DNA from: the human T2T-CHM13v2.0 reference genome, Homo sapiens
Assembly: GCF_009914755.1 (NCBI RefSeq)
Contig: NC_060938.1
Reading direction: 5' to 3' (one strand)
DNA: 64,000 nt
Positions within the stretch are counted from its first letter, which is position 1. Each line of letters opens with the position of its first letter. Shown in pieces: positions 1 through 12,597 of this stretch. The notes below the pieces were generated by a model, which was given only the letters and a program-made list of their open reading frames with translations, was not told the DNA's origin and did not search any database. The translations under genes were made by a program, and so were the position numbers.

Positions 1-90
1 AGAATGACTGTCACAATAATAGCACATGTCCCTGAATAGAGATCCTACCTTAATGTTGGTTAAAGGGGGTTGCTCTTAAAAAGGAACCAT

Positions 91-428
<338 letters not shown>

Positions 429-699
429 TTATTTACCTCTGCAATATCCTTTTAAGATCAGTGTGATAGGAGACCCATCCTAAGGGATTGTTGGAAAAGA
501 GGAAAAACCCTTAATGAAAAGTACTATCATTTTAGTTCTTCTAGATTTAGCCCATATCTTGAGATTAAAAAGACAATTAATGGGATATTTTGAGTGAGAC
601 CTTCACATATATGCTCCCTTTGATAAAATTTGTGTCTATGGCAGTTTTTTTTTCTTAATCGACCTTTTCATTTCTTTATTTATTAGTTTAAAATATTTC

Positions 700-860
700 C
701 ATGTGTAATCTCATTTTAGTTTTCAAACGAATTGGTTAGAAGAGGTATTTTGTCCCCATTTTAATTATGTAGAAACTGGTTCACGAAAAGATGATGATTT
801 ACCCAAGGTCATGTAGCTAAGTGGTCAAAAAACTAGGCTGAGCATCAAGATGTCTTCATT
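700..860 (-). mobile_element. MIR SINE fragment
   Basis: Antisense MIR core: CCCATTTT...GAAACTG...TTTACCCAAGGTCATGTAGCTAAGTGG. Confidence 0.7.
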
Positions 861-900
861 TCTGGGTGTTTATTTAAGTCAGCGATCTCAAACTGGGGCC

Positions 901-1468
901 AGTAACACACTTAGGTCTTGCTAGGAGGGGACCCTGACTTGGAACCCACGCTTCAAAGAGCCTAACTCTGGCTCTTTCCAGTCCCATGGGCCAAAGAGCC
1001 AAGACACCTCACATTCTGGGTCCCAGGTTCCCAGAGTCCTGTCAAATGTCACCAAGTCCATTTGAGTCTGTCCTCCTAAGGGCATTCTGCACCTTTGATG
1101 TGAGCAACATTAAGCCAGAGGGACAGCCAAGGGGAGGCTGTTTGAGGAATCAGGGGATAGACAGAGCTTGACTCCCACAGGTGTGCAGGCTGGAGCTGGG
1201 GTGAGAAGGGGAGGGCCGGGGGCCAGGAGCCAGCTCTTCTCTGCTGCCCTGTATCTGTGTGCAACTCCAAGATGTCCCAGGACTCTGAATTCTCACACCT
1301 GGCTGCCAGGTCTTTAGGAAGGCATATTTTTTCATTGTAGGCAAACAGAATATATTTTGTTTAACAGTTAGTGAGCTTGATTTATACTTTTAAATATTTA
1401 GACATATGATATGGGGCCTCCATTTGTACTCTTGCTCCAGGCCCTGCAAATGTTAGGGGTGGGCTTGC
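901..1468 (-). mobile_element. hAT-Tip100 DNA transposon relic (MER115/Zaphod-like)
   Basis: Terminus TTTAAATATTTAGACATATG...CCTCCATTTGTACTCTTGCTCCAGGCCCTGCAAATGTTAGGGGTGGG. Homologous in the opposite orientation to 46245-46770. Left boundary uncertain. Confidence 0.6.
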
Positions 1469-1794
1469 AGAACGCCAACATAGTTTGTTTGGCTAGCACA
1501 CCGCTTTTTTTTTTTTTCTTTTTTAACATCTTGAATTAGTTTCTAACACTAACAATTGGGAGATTTTGAATAAGAATAGAGATTTCTGATTTCTCTTTTT
1601 TAAAATTACAGAAAATCATGGGCCTTCCTACTTGTATGGCGAAAAAGAGCTGGGGCTGAGCAGGATCAGCCTGCCCTGGGTGGGGCTGGGCCAGTGTTTC
1701 CTGATTGGCCACAGTTCCCACCTGTTTCCCTTCTCTCATTTCGGTAACCTCTGATCTCTCTGGCCACTGAGGGCATTTGAGTTTGTCACCCTTG
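1469..1794 (-). mobile_element. MER102-like hAT-Charlie element (its left terminus is probably at 880-900)
   Basis: Ends in GGCATTTGAGTTTGTCACCCTTG. Internal TTTGTTTGGC and AGATTTCTG motifs are shared with 14866-15132. Confidence 0.6.
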
Positions 1795-3039
1795 ATTTAC
1801 ATCCTTCTTTAGATATGTCCTTTCTGTATAAAGCCACCATGCCATCACATTTAACACATTGTTTTTGCCTCTTTTCTACAACTTCCCTCAAAGAAAGTTT
1901 TTTTCTCCATTAGCTAAGTGTAAATCCCTACATTTTAGTATGGATAAATGCCTATAATTTTGCCATCTTATTCCCTAACTTCTGAATCTTGGGAAATCAT
2001 TAAAACAACAGCTAGGAACTTCAAGAGAGCAGTTGCTCTCCACAGGGATCCCCCCTTTCTCCATGCCATGCGAACTGGAAACCCAGTGCAATGGATTTTC
2101 TCACTTTGACCCCAGTGAGGGAGGGAGATTTTTGATAACTGACAAAGAGCTTTTGTTCAGGTTTGCAACAGGATGGATCAGCCAGCCCCACCTCATGGCC
2201 CCATGCTTCTTCCAGGTTCATCTTCCCCTTCTGCCCCAGAAAAGCCCCCAGCCACAGCCTCCTTGCCTCCAAGTCGCCAGCACTCCGCCCCCTCCTCCGC
2301 CTGCCTCTCAGTCTGGAAAACAGCTTTGCACGTTAACCTCCACGGGCATTCACTGGGTTTCCAGAGGGGTCCCCAGCCCCACAGGCTGCCAAAATAGGCT
2401 CTTTACACTCCATAGATGGGAGAGAAAAATCTGCTTGTTCGGTTGCAACTGTCAAGCAAAGGACATGCTGAGCTCAGATAGAAATAGCAGCAGGGTCAGG
2501 GCAGGGCAAGGCCCCAGCATTTCATTAGCTCGGCCCAGCTAAGGGTGATTGAATGCACACAGTGGCCCATGAATGGGGCCATGGAGGGCAGCCACACAGT
2601 GCAGCACAGAAAAATCATTCTTTGGCCGCTGTCAGCTGGCTCAATGGGACTTAATTATTGGGATAATGAGAACTGATTTTCATTGTTTTAATTTTGGGGA
2701 AGGGGTGAGAAAGGAGGGACTTTTCTTCCTCATCTGGGTGAAAGGATGCTAAACTGTGGCCTCTAACGGTCCCGTATCCTCCAGGCTGCTGTTGGCTCCT
2801 GTGTTTGCTGTTCTTTATCAGTGCTGTAAGAGAGTGTTAGGATGGTCATCTGTGTCAGTGTCTCCTTTAGGGCCTATAAACCTGGCAGGATGTGTCCTCA
2901 GAAGAGCATTTCTGTGCTGGCATCCACGGTGAGCAGCTGTACCAAAGCAATAGAGGGACAGAGAGAAGCCACTGGACAGAGCTGCCCATGCTCAGCCCCT
3001 TCCAAATGCCTCCAGGACATGAGGGAATCCTACCCTGCT

Positions 3040-3041
<2 letters not shown>

Positions 3042-3069
<28 letters not shown>
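3042..3069. repeat. poly(T)28
   Basis: Uninterrupted T run. Confidence 0.95.
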
Positions 3070-3073
<4 letters not shown>

Positions 3074-4791
3074 GCAGGATCTGGAGAATTCAAATGATCT
3101 GCTCGAGGCAAACATAGGATCGTCTGAGTTCCTTGCACCCTGTTCAAGGTTCAAGAGCCTAGGACTCTACTGCAGACCACACCACAACACTGTTGGATCA
3201 TCAGACCTCTTCTAGCTACGAATCCTTGACAATTGAGATAAGGTCCACTTACATGAACCCTGAAAGTCATTACATATGACTTATTCAGCCCTCCCTTATT
3301 CAATTTGATTCACTTGCCACCTTCCCAAGATCTTACTCTTCATGTGGAAATGAGAGACTTATTTATTGCTCAGCTTGTTCCCTCATTTCTCTAGGTAACA
3401 TGTACTACTAGTGGGATCATCAAACAATAAGTATTTGCAAAACTGGGCTTAGCGTGGTTCTAGGTGCTGTGCAAGTATATAATGACACCCCCCAACCCAA
3501 AGAAAGTCACCTGGGGAGACCTGAAACAATTAGAGAAACACACAAGGGGACCCTAATTGAATGTGAATCTCTCTAGCCAACCAAAAGAAAGAGAGGGTGG
3601 GTTTAAGGGTAGTGAGGGACACTTTGTGAAGAAATGACAGCTTGTGAGGACTCCAAGGTTGAGTAGAATTTCAACAAAGAGCAAAGAATGGAATTGGATG
3701 GTGTGTTCGAGAGAAGGAAACAGACATTATTGGAATAAAGATTCCATGTAGGGAAGAAGGTTGAGTTGAAGAGTAGGGCCAGATGATGTGAAGTTTGGAA
3801 AGAGAGGCAGGGCATGCTTTCTTCACCCACAACTATAATACATCTTTGACCATAAAAAGTGGTTGTTATTGCTATCATTTGTTTTTGTTTTCACTTTGCC
3901 CCTTCAAGTTCTTGAAAAAGATAGTCATAAAAGAAGAGGGTATGCCCTCATTCATGGAGCACAGAGAAGGAAGCCCTCTGTGATGTTTCCAGATGTGTAG
4001 GTTTAGGCTCTAGACCAGTGCTGGTGCCTTCCTGGGACTGCCCAAGCCAATCACCAGGGAGAGGCTGCAGATCCTTTCTCTGCTCAGCTCCGTTCGGGCT
4101 CCTCTTTTCTTGAAGATTTGACAGATATTGGTTAAGTTCTTCAAATCTGACAACTGGGTTCTTTGTGGCAAAGAATAGGTGGCTAAGGAGAACTGGCTCT
4201 AACAGGCTAATAGCCTACCTGGCCCCTTTCCAGCAGGAGAAATGCCATAGTCCTTCCCAGAAGCACATCTTATATGCACAGTCCTCACAGAGTGTGTCTG
4301 TGCATCAGAATCAATTAATCATGCCTGTCAGGAGGGGGAATGGCCCCTCTGGCTGAAACAGTGGAAGGAGCCCTCGTGATTGAAGACCACTTTGCCTTGG
4401 AAACTCATGCAGGTCAGAGGGGAAAGTTGAGTCTAGATGGCATGCGGTATTCCTTGGGTATGTTTTCTCATCCCTGAAATTTGCCCATGTCACCCAACTA
4501 ACTGCTTGTAGCAAAGCTGTATTGTCAGTGCAATCCTTTGGGGCCTTGTTTGGGCCTGAAGAAGCCATTCATTTCTTAAAGAAGAAAAAGCTGGCAAAGT
4601 GGAATTTGTAGTAACAGCTGTTAGTATTTAAAACTTTTGTTTCAAGATCTTCAGGCACTTAAAAATGACTTTAAATGGCCACTCTGCAAGAGTCTATCTT
4701 TTACAAGGCAGCCTGTGAGATCTTTCTCAAAACAAACCTCATCTCATCTCCTCTTTTATTGAGATCCCCATTGGTCCTCTATTTTGTATAG

Positions 4792-5670
4792 AAGTGGTTC
4801 CCAAACTTTTTTGATTTAACACCCCATCAGTAAACAATTTTGAATAGGTACTCCCAATATACATATATTTCTTTTTATATTATACACATGTATTACTTTC
4901 CTAATATATTATGTACATTATAAAACATATACAAAAGTAATTTTTTTAAAGGCTGAGATAAAGATGAAGTAAGCAATAGTTTAAAATGTCTTGTCAATTA
5001 TGATGGCTTCATACTGTCATTAGCTAATATGTCAAAAGCACAATAAATATGTCAGGGGAGTTCCATTTATATCATTTGAATGATATAAATCCTTATATCT
5101 AGTAGTTTTCATGGAAATTTCTAACTGTTTTGGCTTGACTTCTTGTTACATGCAAATATTTGGTCATTGTCTTCACTTTGTAATATGGCCGAAGAAAACT
5201 TGTTCTAAGGGCAGTGTCAATGCTATTATTCTTATTATTTGCTTGTGCTTATACTACTAATATTATCTTTGATCCATTGTTTCCATGCAGGAATATTTTA
5301 ATCCACTTGTCCATTTTGTGTGTGTTGGATTAAATTTGATAATATCCATAATCCAATGAGTCAGGAATGTGCAAATTGTAGTGATTCATATGTCATTGAA
5401 AGCCCCAGGGGAGTGAGGACTGAGGACACCATTTGCCGCCTCTGCAATGTGCAGGTCCTAATCTTGCCACAAGATATCTCATGAACAATTCATGACACAT
5501 AACAATGGCTGTGAGGAGCCCGTTGTCAATATTTATATCAAATGTTGTAAGTCCATGTTTTTTATTTCCTAGAAAAAAATAAGTTCAAATTCTAGTACTT
5601 TCTGACTTCTAAATTCTAATGGATCATCTTGTGTATCTCTGGGGCATGCATCCTATTTGGAGACCAGATG
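4792..5670. mobile_element. hAT-Charlie DNA transposon remnant
   Basis: Termini AGTGGTTCCCAAACTTT ... TTTGGAGACCAGATG. AT-rich interior. Degenerate 8-bp flanks TGTATAGA/TCTACAGG. Confidence 0.65.
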
Positions 5671-5923
5671 TCTACAGGATGGATTTCAAACCCATTAGCC
5701 TTGACTTACAGGGTCCTTCTCTGTCCAAACTCAGCCCATCTTTCCAGCCTCATCTCCCATTGTTCCCTGTCTTATACCAAGGAGACATCCCATTGCTTTT
5801 TAAACATGAAATATTCTTTAATAACTCCATTCTTTTGTGCTTACTCTTCCAGCCAACTGGAATGCCTTTCTCCCATTCTCTAACCCAAGTTAAATCTTCA
5901 TAAGATGTCTGATTCCCTTAGAG

Positions 5924-6142
5924 CAGAGGTCAGCAACCTTTCTGTAAAAGGCCAGTCGTAAATATTTCAAGCTTTGCAAGCCATATTGTCTCTGCCAACT
6001 ACTCAATTTTATCATTGTAGTGCAAAAACAGCCATAGGCAATATGTAAACAAATAAGCATGGTTGTGTTCTAAAAAAAATTTCTTTACAAAAATAGGTAG
6101 TGGGCTGGATTTGGTCCTTGGGCTGTAGTTTGCCAACCCCTG
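5924..6142 (+). mobile_element. MER58A (hAT-Charlie MITE)
   Basis: TIRs CAGAGGTCAGCAAC ... GTTTGCCAACCCCTG. Perfect 8-bp TSD CCTTAGAG (5916-5923, 6143-6150). Confidence 0.9.
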
Positions 6143-8809
6143 CCTTAGAGAACCTGTCACTCTTCTACTACTGCCATCCTAGCTTTTTCTCCATGATTAT
6201 CTGTTTACAAGCACATTTTGCCAAAATACTAAATTCTTTGAAGTCAACACTTTTATTCCTATTCCCTAAAAGCTAGAAATCTGGAAATAGAAATGATTCA
6301 ATAAAGACATATTATTGAATATCAAGAATTATCATTATGTTGCTGGTGGAAAAAAGTGGAGAAAAATTCTTCGGTTGGGTACAAGATTAAATGGCTTACT
6401 TCTAAGATTTATCTAAAATAAAAGATTATATAAAAATACAAATTAATGAGATGGAAGGATTTGTCTTGAGTTGGAACTAGGTCTTCTAAAAGGGCAGTCA
6501 GTGTCCTGCTCATCTGATCACCCATGTTCATATTCCTGCCACATTGTTTTGGCCCACAGCTTCGATGAGACCTAGAGAATCACTTCCTTTTCAACCATAC
6601 AGCCACCGCTGGGGCCAACCACTCCCTACGTTTGTATAATGCTGTATGGTTTTCAAAGCAAGTAGCACAATTCCTATTTGGTAGATAAGGCAATTGAGGC
6701 ATATTAAATGACTTGCCCTATGAATGATATAACTGGGACTTCTGATTCCTAATCTAGGACTCTTTTTGTTACACCAGACAGCCTCTCAGGAAATTAGAAC
6801 AAAAAAATGACATATTGCAAAATTAAGTCAAAGAATAAATTAACCCCATTGGAAAGTCCAAGGAGACCTTCAGACAAATGTGTATCAGAATTTCAATGGT
6901 ATTTGGCAGAGTTGGCCTAATGGAAGTGTGGACACCCTGCCAACTTTGCATAAGATACATAAATCTCAAAATCAATTTAACTAACTTTCATTTATCTTGG
7001 AAACACAAAAATTTAGACTAGAACTTGGCAGGAATAAAGAGATTTACACCAAGCCTGCATCCCCACTACTCTTGTAAACTGTTTCATGAACCCCAGTGTT
7101 GAAGACCTCACTGTTTTGTTTGACTCTGAAGGCCGCCTACGCATACTTGCTGCTGGAGGAAGGTTAATACTGACTCAGAAGCAAGAGGACCACTGACTGA
7201 ATCACCACCACTTACTACAGTCCTCTGCTCTGTATTCCTTGGAAATCTCTTGCCTCAGCTTGGGCTTAACCCAACCCACTTAGAAGGAGAGAACAATTTT
7301 ACAGCCCCGCATGGAGTGACTCCAAGCCAATCGTATCTGTTTCCAAGTGATCTGACGCAGCAAGCAGATTGTATTTCCTTTGGAGGCTTGGCTGAGAATT
7401 GTTGGGTTGGCAACACTGAACCAGAGTGAATAAAATAAGACTGTCAAGAAAAATCTGAAATGGCCCCTAAAGAGATAGGACTAATGAAATGCTCAGGTCA
7501 GGGGTGGGGTGCTTTCTGGGCAGACTGAAAAAAGAAAGGAGGACCAGGTGACCATGTGTGAAATTCAAGAGTCAACAATGATCTAGGTAAGCCAGGCAGA
7601 TTGGCACATGCCCAGTACTTTTCTGAGAGCAGGCATCAAGCCTAAAAAAATGCACAAAATCTACCTCTTATTTTTATTCTTACCTTTAATCAGATTTTTT
7701 ATTGAAGTTTTTTCATGGTTGGTTACCTATCCACCTTCCTCCCATCCTGCCAAAGAAGGCAGGGACTCCAAATGCATTTGCCAAAAACCAACAGACCCCT
7801 GTGTTCAATTATTGTGGGCTTAGGGAATAGTAATTAAGGAGTTCCAGGGATGGGATGTGGGAGCAGCAAAGGAGTTAGGTTTCACTTAAGGTCCTTGGGA
7901 ATAAATAAATATTCTGTCACTAGGATGAATGGGGTTGGTTCTTCACAGATCATGTAAAGGGACAGGCTTAGCCCTAGAACCAACTCATGATCCAGATGAG
8001 TTTCTGTTCAGATGGATAAGGGCATATCTTTGAGCACCAGGTTCCATGGGCACATATCTGGTTCATTATTCTTTGCTTTGCTTGTGCAAAATTATTTTCA
8101 AAGGCAAAGACACGGGGACAAAGTTGGGCTCTCTGAGGCTGTTCCTTGAGCAAAGAGGTGTATGCCTCTGGCTGCCCACTTGGCAGTGGATATCTTCATG
8201 CTTCTTTTTTCCACCCAAATATTATGGCCACTGGAGTATTTGTAGGAAACAGTCTAAAAAAAGACAACACTCACTTCCCCTTGCTTCAGGCTCTTCACAG
8301 TCAACTCCACTGGCATGTTTCAGGCACCTGCTGTGTGCCAGGCATTTTTTTTCAGAATGGAACAATATTGCCCTTGTCTTTAATGCCTTAACTGTCTAGC
8401 AGGAAAGACATTATTATGAGTACCTGGGGCAGAAACAGTGTGAGAAACATTTTGGAGACCCAAAGGAAGGGGCCATTGTAAAGAAGTTCCACCAGAGTAG
8501 AGGTAAGAACGGGGAGAGGGCATGCCTATAGACACCTATCCATCATTCGCTTGTCCACACATTGATTTCCCTAAATATTTATTATCTGCTTGTTATCTGC
8601 CAAGAGTGAAGGGCTTGGGATTCACAGATGAATAGGACATGGAATATAGAGTAGGGGGTTGGGCAGAAGAAGGGAGTGGTGGGAGAGGGAGTTGAAAAAT
8701 AGATTGGGCCGCATTAGTAAGACTTTTGCTTGCCAATTTGGGTCTGAACTTTGTTCTGTAGGTAATGAGGAGCCTCTGAAGGTCTTTCTACAAGGGGTGG
8801 CACAGATAC

Positions 8810-9018
8810 CTGCCCCACCCCATTATTTCCTACCCTGCAACTTAGAAGTATTTTATTCATGTATCTGTTTTTTAGCTTGCTTCTTGTTTGATTTCCCTAA
8901 CTGGGATGTGAGTTCCACGAGGACAGGGACCCTACTGTATCCACCACTGTATTCCCAGTTCTGGGCACAAAGTCTGGCACACAGTGGGTCACCAGCAAAT
9001 ATTTTACTTACTGAATAA
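8810..9018 (+). mobile_element. L2 3' end
   Basis: CTGTATTCCCAG...CTGGCACACAGTGGG...AAATATTT...TGAATAA tail. Confidence 0.75.
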
Positions 9019-9089
9019 TCAGATCTGTGTTTAGACAGTTGTCTCCAGTTGATACCATGGAGGGACATCCAAGGTTGGGAGATCCTGGA

Positions 9090-9630
9090 GGAAGGACTGG
9101 TAGCAGCAGAGAGGTGCTGAGAGCCTAATCCGGGGCTATGGTGGCATAGAAGGGAAGGGGAGAGATTTAGAGGACTCATCAGAGTTAACATCATCAGACC
9201 TTGGTGAGGGAGAGGGAGGGTCCAGAGGTTTCCATGTGGATGTCTGAGTAGCTGGTGATATCGTTGACTGAGAGAGAGGAGACAGGGTAGGAACCTTCAG
9301 GTGAAGAGGGGCTTGTTATGGGAAGTAAGGGAGCATAGATAGTGAGATCAGTCTTGGACATGTATGATTTGAGACAACCATAGAATGTTCCACTAGAGAT
9401 GTCCAGTAGACAGTTGGAAATATACGTGGGCAATTCTGGAAGATGGCTGGAGCTGAGGTCACAGGCTTTTGGTGATAAACGAAGCCAACAAAGAGTAAAG
9501 TCACTCAAGGAGAGCAGACAGAGTTGAAAGAAAAAATAGAAGCCCCAAAACTGGAGGAATACCACTGGAGGGTGGGAAAGAGGAGCTGGGGGGAGGAGAC
9601 AGGTGTGCTCTGAGAGGCGGGAGGAGAAGA
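9090..9630 (-). mobile_element. L2 fragment
   Basis: TTGGACATG...TTTGAG...GAGATGTCCAGTAGACAGTTGGAAATATAC, typical of antisense L2. Confidence 0.75.
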
Positions 9631-11172
9631 GAAGAGGACTTCTGGCTACTATGGGATAGCATGGGCCCTACCTAGGACAGGGCAGAGGTCAGTGGGAATG
9701 GGAGCTGTTATCTTGGGCGACCAACTCCACTCAGTTCTTACCATGTTAATGTTAATGGCAAACTCTTGGCAATTCTGGGCAAGTGAGAAGAGCAGAAACA
9801 CCTCTGTGCAGTTTATCAGGACTTTCTCCTTCTAGCACACCCTGAGGGTGAGGCCAGAATTAGTCATGTGCTGAATGGTCTGCCTATTTCATGATGTTCT
9901 CAGCTTGGAAACATTTTTTTTGTGCAACTCCAACTCAAGCACCAGCAAATCCAGCCTCTCCTCACCTCCTATTACAAATGGCTGTCATGGACTAGACCGG
10001 TGCCTAACAAACAGCCCACACTTCGGGATCTGAGTTCAGGTTCCGGCACGATTAGTGCAGGTGGCTTCTGGCTCTAAATCTCTCAGAGGAGACATCTTCT
10101 TCTGGGGGCTGATTCACACGTGAGTGCTGATCATGACCTTGTGTCGGGATTAACCTCCTTTCTCAGCATCTCCTGCTACATTCCATCTGTTTCTAAAGAC
10201 ACCTCATTCTGCCTTCCTTCCGGCCATCCACTGTTACCTTTCACTTCCTGTCGGCACGTACAGGCCAGGGACTTTACTCAAGTCACTGAACATTTTGGGG
10301 AAATGAAATGAAAACATAAAGAGAAGGCCAGTCCACAAAACAGCTCAAAATGGAGATGCTCTGGCTGAAGGAAGGAGTGTTGGGGTCCAGGAGCCCCGCT
10401 CACTCCTCAGCACCCGGGAGCATCACGGAATCTAAGGTGAACCTCCGGGGCAGGAGACACAGCACTGGCCTTAGAGTCCACAAGCCCGGGTTCCTTGGCC
10501 CTGTCTCTTTCCCTCTCTCTGTTGTCTGTAGCTCCCTCCTAGCTCTGAAACTCCAAGTACAAGTGAGCAGGTCATGAGTCACCAAGCCTCTTTTCCTGGG
10601 CGTTTTTCCTTCTGGGGAGAGAACAGCCAGGCTTGGACAAAAAGTGTTGGGACACCCTGAAGCAGAACACACTCCCTGTCATTCCTGGCCTCACTCTCCT
10701 CCAGAACGAAAGCACCCAGACCTGCAGGCCTTTTTTAGGAATGAAGTCACTGGTCTGTGTAGGTTGACAGAGTGTCCTTGGAAAAGGCTGCTTGGGAAGG
10801 AAACTCACAAGGCATGGGTATCCCCACTGGAAGAATCCAGAGCAAAACCCTTCTGGAAATCCCCCACCCCACATATACACAAGGAAACTCCATGGAAGGC
10901 ATCCTGTCTTGGAGGCCTCAGTGGGTTCCTCCTGGAGAGTTTAAGGGGAGGGAGGCAGAGGAGGAAGGAGAGAAACCTAAAGTCAGCAGGATATTCTCAT
11001 GTTCTCTCTCTGTTAATTGCCTCCTCTCTTTTTCTAAGAAGGCTGAGATACCGAGGCTTCCTCACCCACCACCCCTTCCTCTACCTCCCCTTAGTGCTGG
11101 GTGAGTTCATCCATCAGGACCCCTGCCTGGGACTGTCCTCACTCTCCCGCTGTGGCTCACTTGCCCCCAGGG

Positions 11173-11211
11173 CCCATCCCAGCCCAGCCCAGCCCTGCCC
11201 AGCCCAGCCTG
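11173..11211. repeat. (CCCAG)n pentamer microsatellite
   Basis: cccatcccagcccagcccagccctgcccagcccagcctg. Confidence 0.85.
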
Positions 11212-12252
11212 CTGCATGCTTCTACCCCGGCTCCCACTCAGGCTCGTGCGTCACTGCTATTCATCTTGTTTAGTGCTTGGCTTGGCTGCAGATGCTGTAA
11301 ATATGGTAATTTTAGACTCCCTGATTGGAAAGGATTGCAGAGCGGGTTGTGGGGGAGGACGGCAGTTTGATTTACTCCGCAGGAGCTGGTTCCGAGATGG
11401 CTCTCCACCCTCTGTGCACGCCTCTTCTCCAAGCTGTGCCCCATCAGGCCCTACTCTTAGTGTTGAGTCCTGACTTCTTGGGGTCTTGGGAGAAATGAGA
11501 GGGACAGAGTGGATGTCTGTGCGTTCTGGGCCTGAAGAATTGCTGGTTAGCACAGAGCATCACATGCAAGGAGGCCGGAAGTGTAGTCAGTGATGCGCAG
11601 GGTGGGCGTCCTGACACTGCTAAGACAATGCCCAAGGCTGATGACCCAGGATTATCCCCCCACCCAGGGCACACTGGGGATGAAGTGGGGGCTGCCCGAG
11701 GCCTCTGACCCCTTCTGAGCTCTCTCCCTTTTCTGTTCTCCTTTCTTTCCTGACCTCCCTCCATGGGGGGCCATCAGTCCCCAGGGCCTTCTGCCAGGCA
11801 CTCACAGGGTTGTCAGCAAATCCCTCCTCCCACCCCTTTGTTGAATAAAGACCTAATTTGCATTTGATTACAGGACCCCTGAGTGGGTAGGGGTGTATTC
11901 AGATCCCCAGGGAGTGACTGTGAGGCTGGCATTTCAGGCCCTGGGAGTCAGAGTGGGAGCTGAGGGTTTTGAGCCCCAGGAGTAGGTCAGGTTCTTCAAA
12001 AGCCACCAGATAGTCTCCCAGCTGTCTGTCTTATCTCCTCAGGACAACCCTAACTCCAAGGCTGGTGACTGAGTCAGACTTGGAACATCCCCGTTTTTGA
12101 GCCACAGTCTATAGTCACAGAATGTTCCAGGGGGAGGGATGGGGGGAGAAAAGGAGGGCACAACTCACATTTCTTTGAGCCCCAAACTTCATTTGACCAG
12201 TGAGGAGTGGCTTGCACCAAATCATTGGTGCAGCTAACCACAAGAATGTTAG

Positions 12253-12597
<345 letters not shown>

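Larger units (their letters stand above)
4700..6310 (+). mobile_element. L2 LINE 3' region interrupted by two DNA transposons
   Basis: L2-like pyrimidine-rich segments at ~4700-4790, 5671-5923 and 6143-6310. Confidence 0.55.

Noticed and set aside
10644-11273. Longest ORF (209 aa), likewise 62406-62993, 42405-42926 and 2033-2542
   Set aside because: No recognisable domain. Several use non-ATG starts or run through repeats, and the lengths are compatible with chance in 64 kb.
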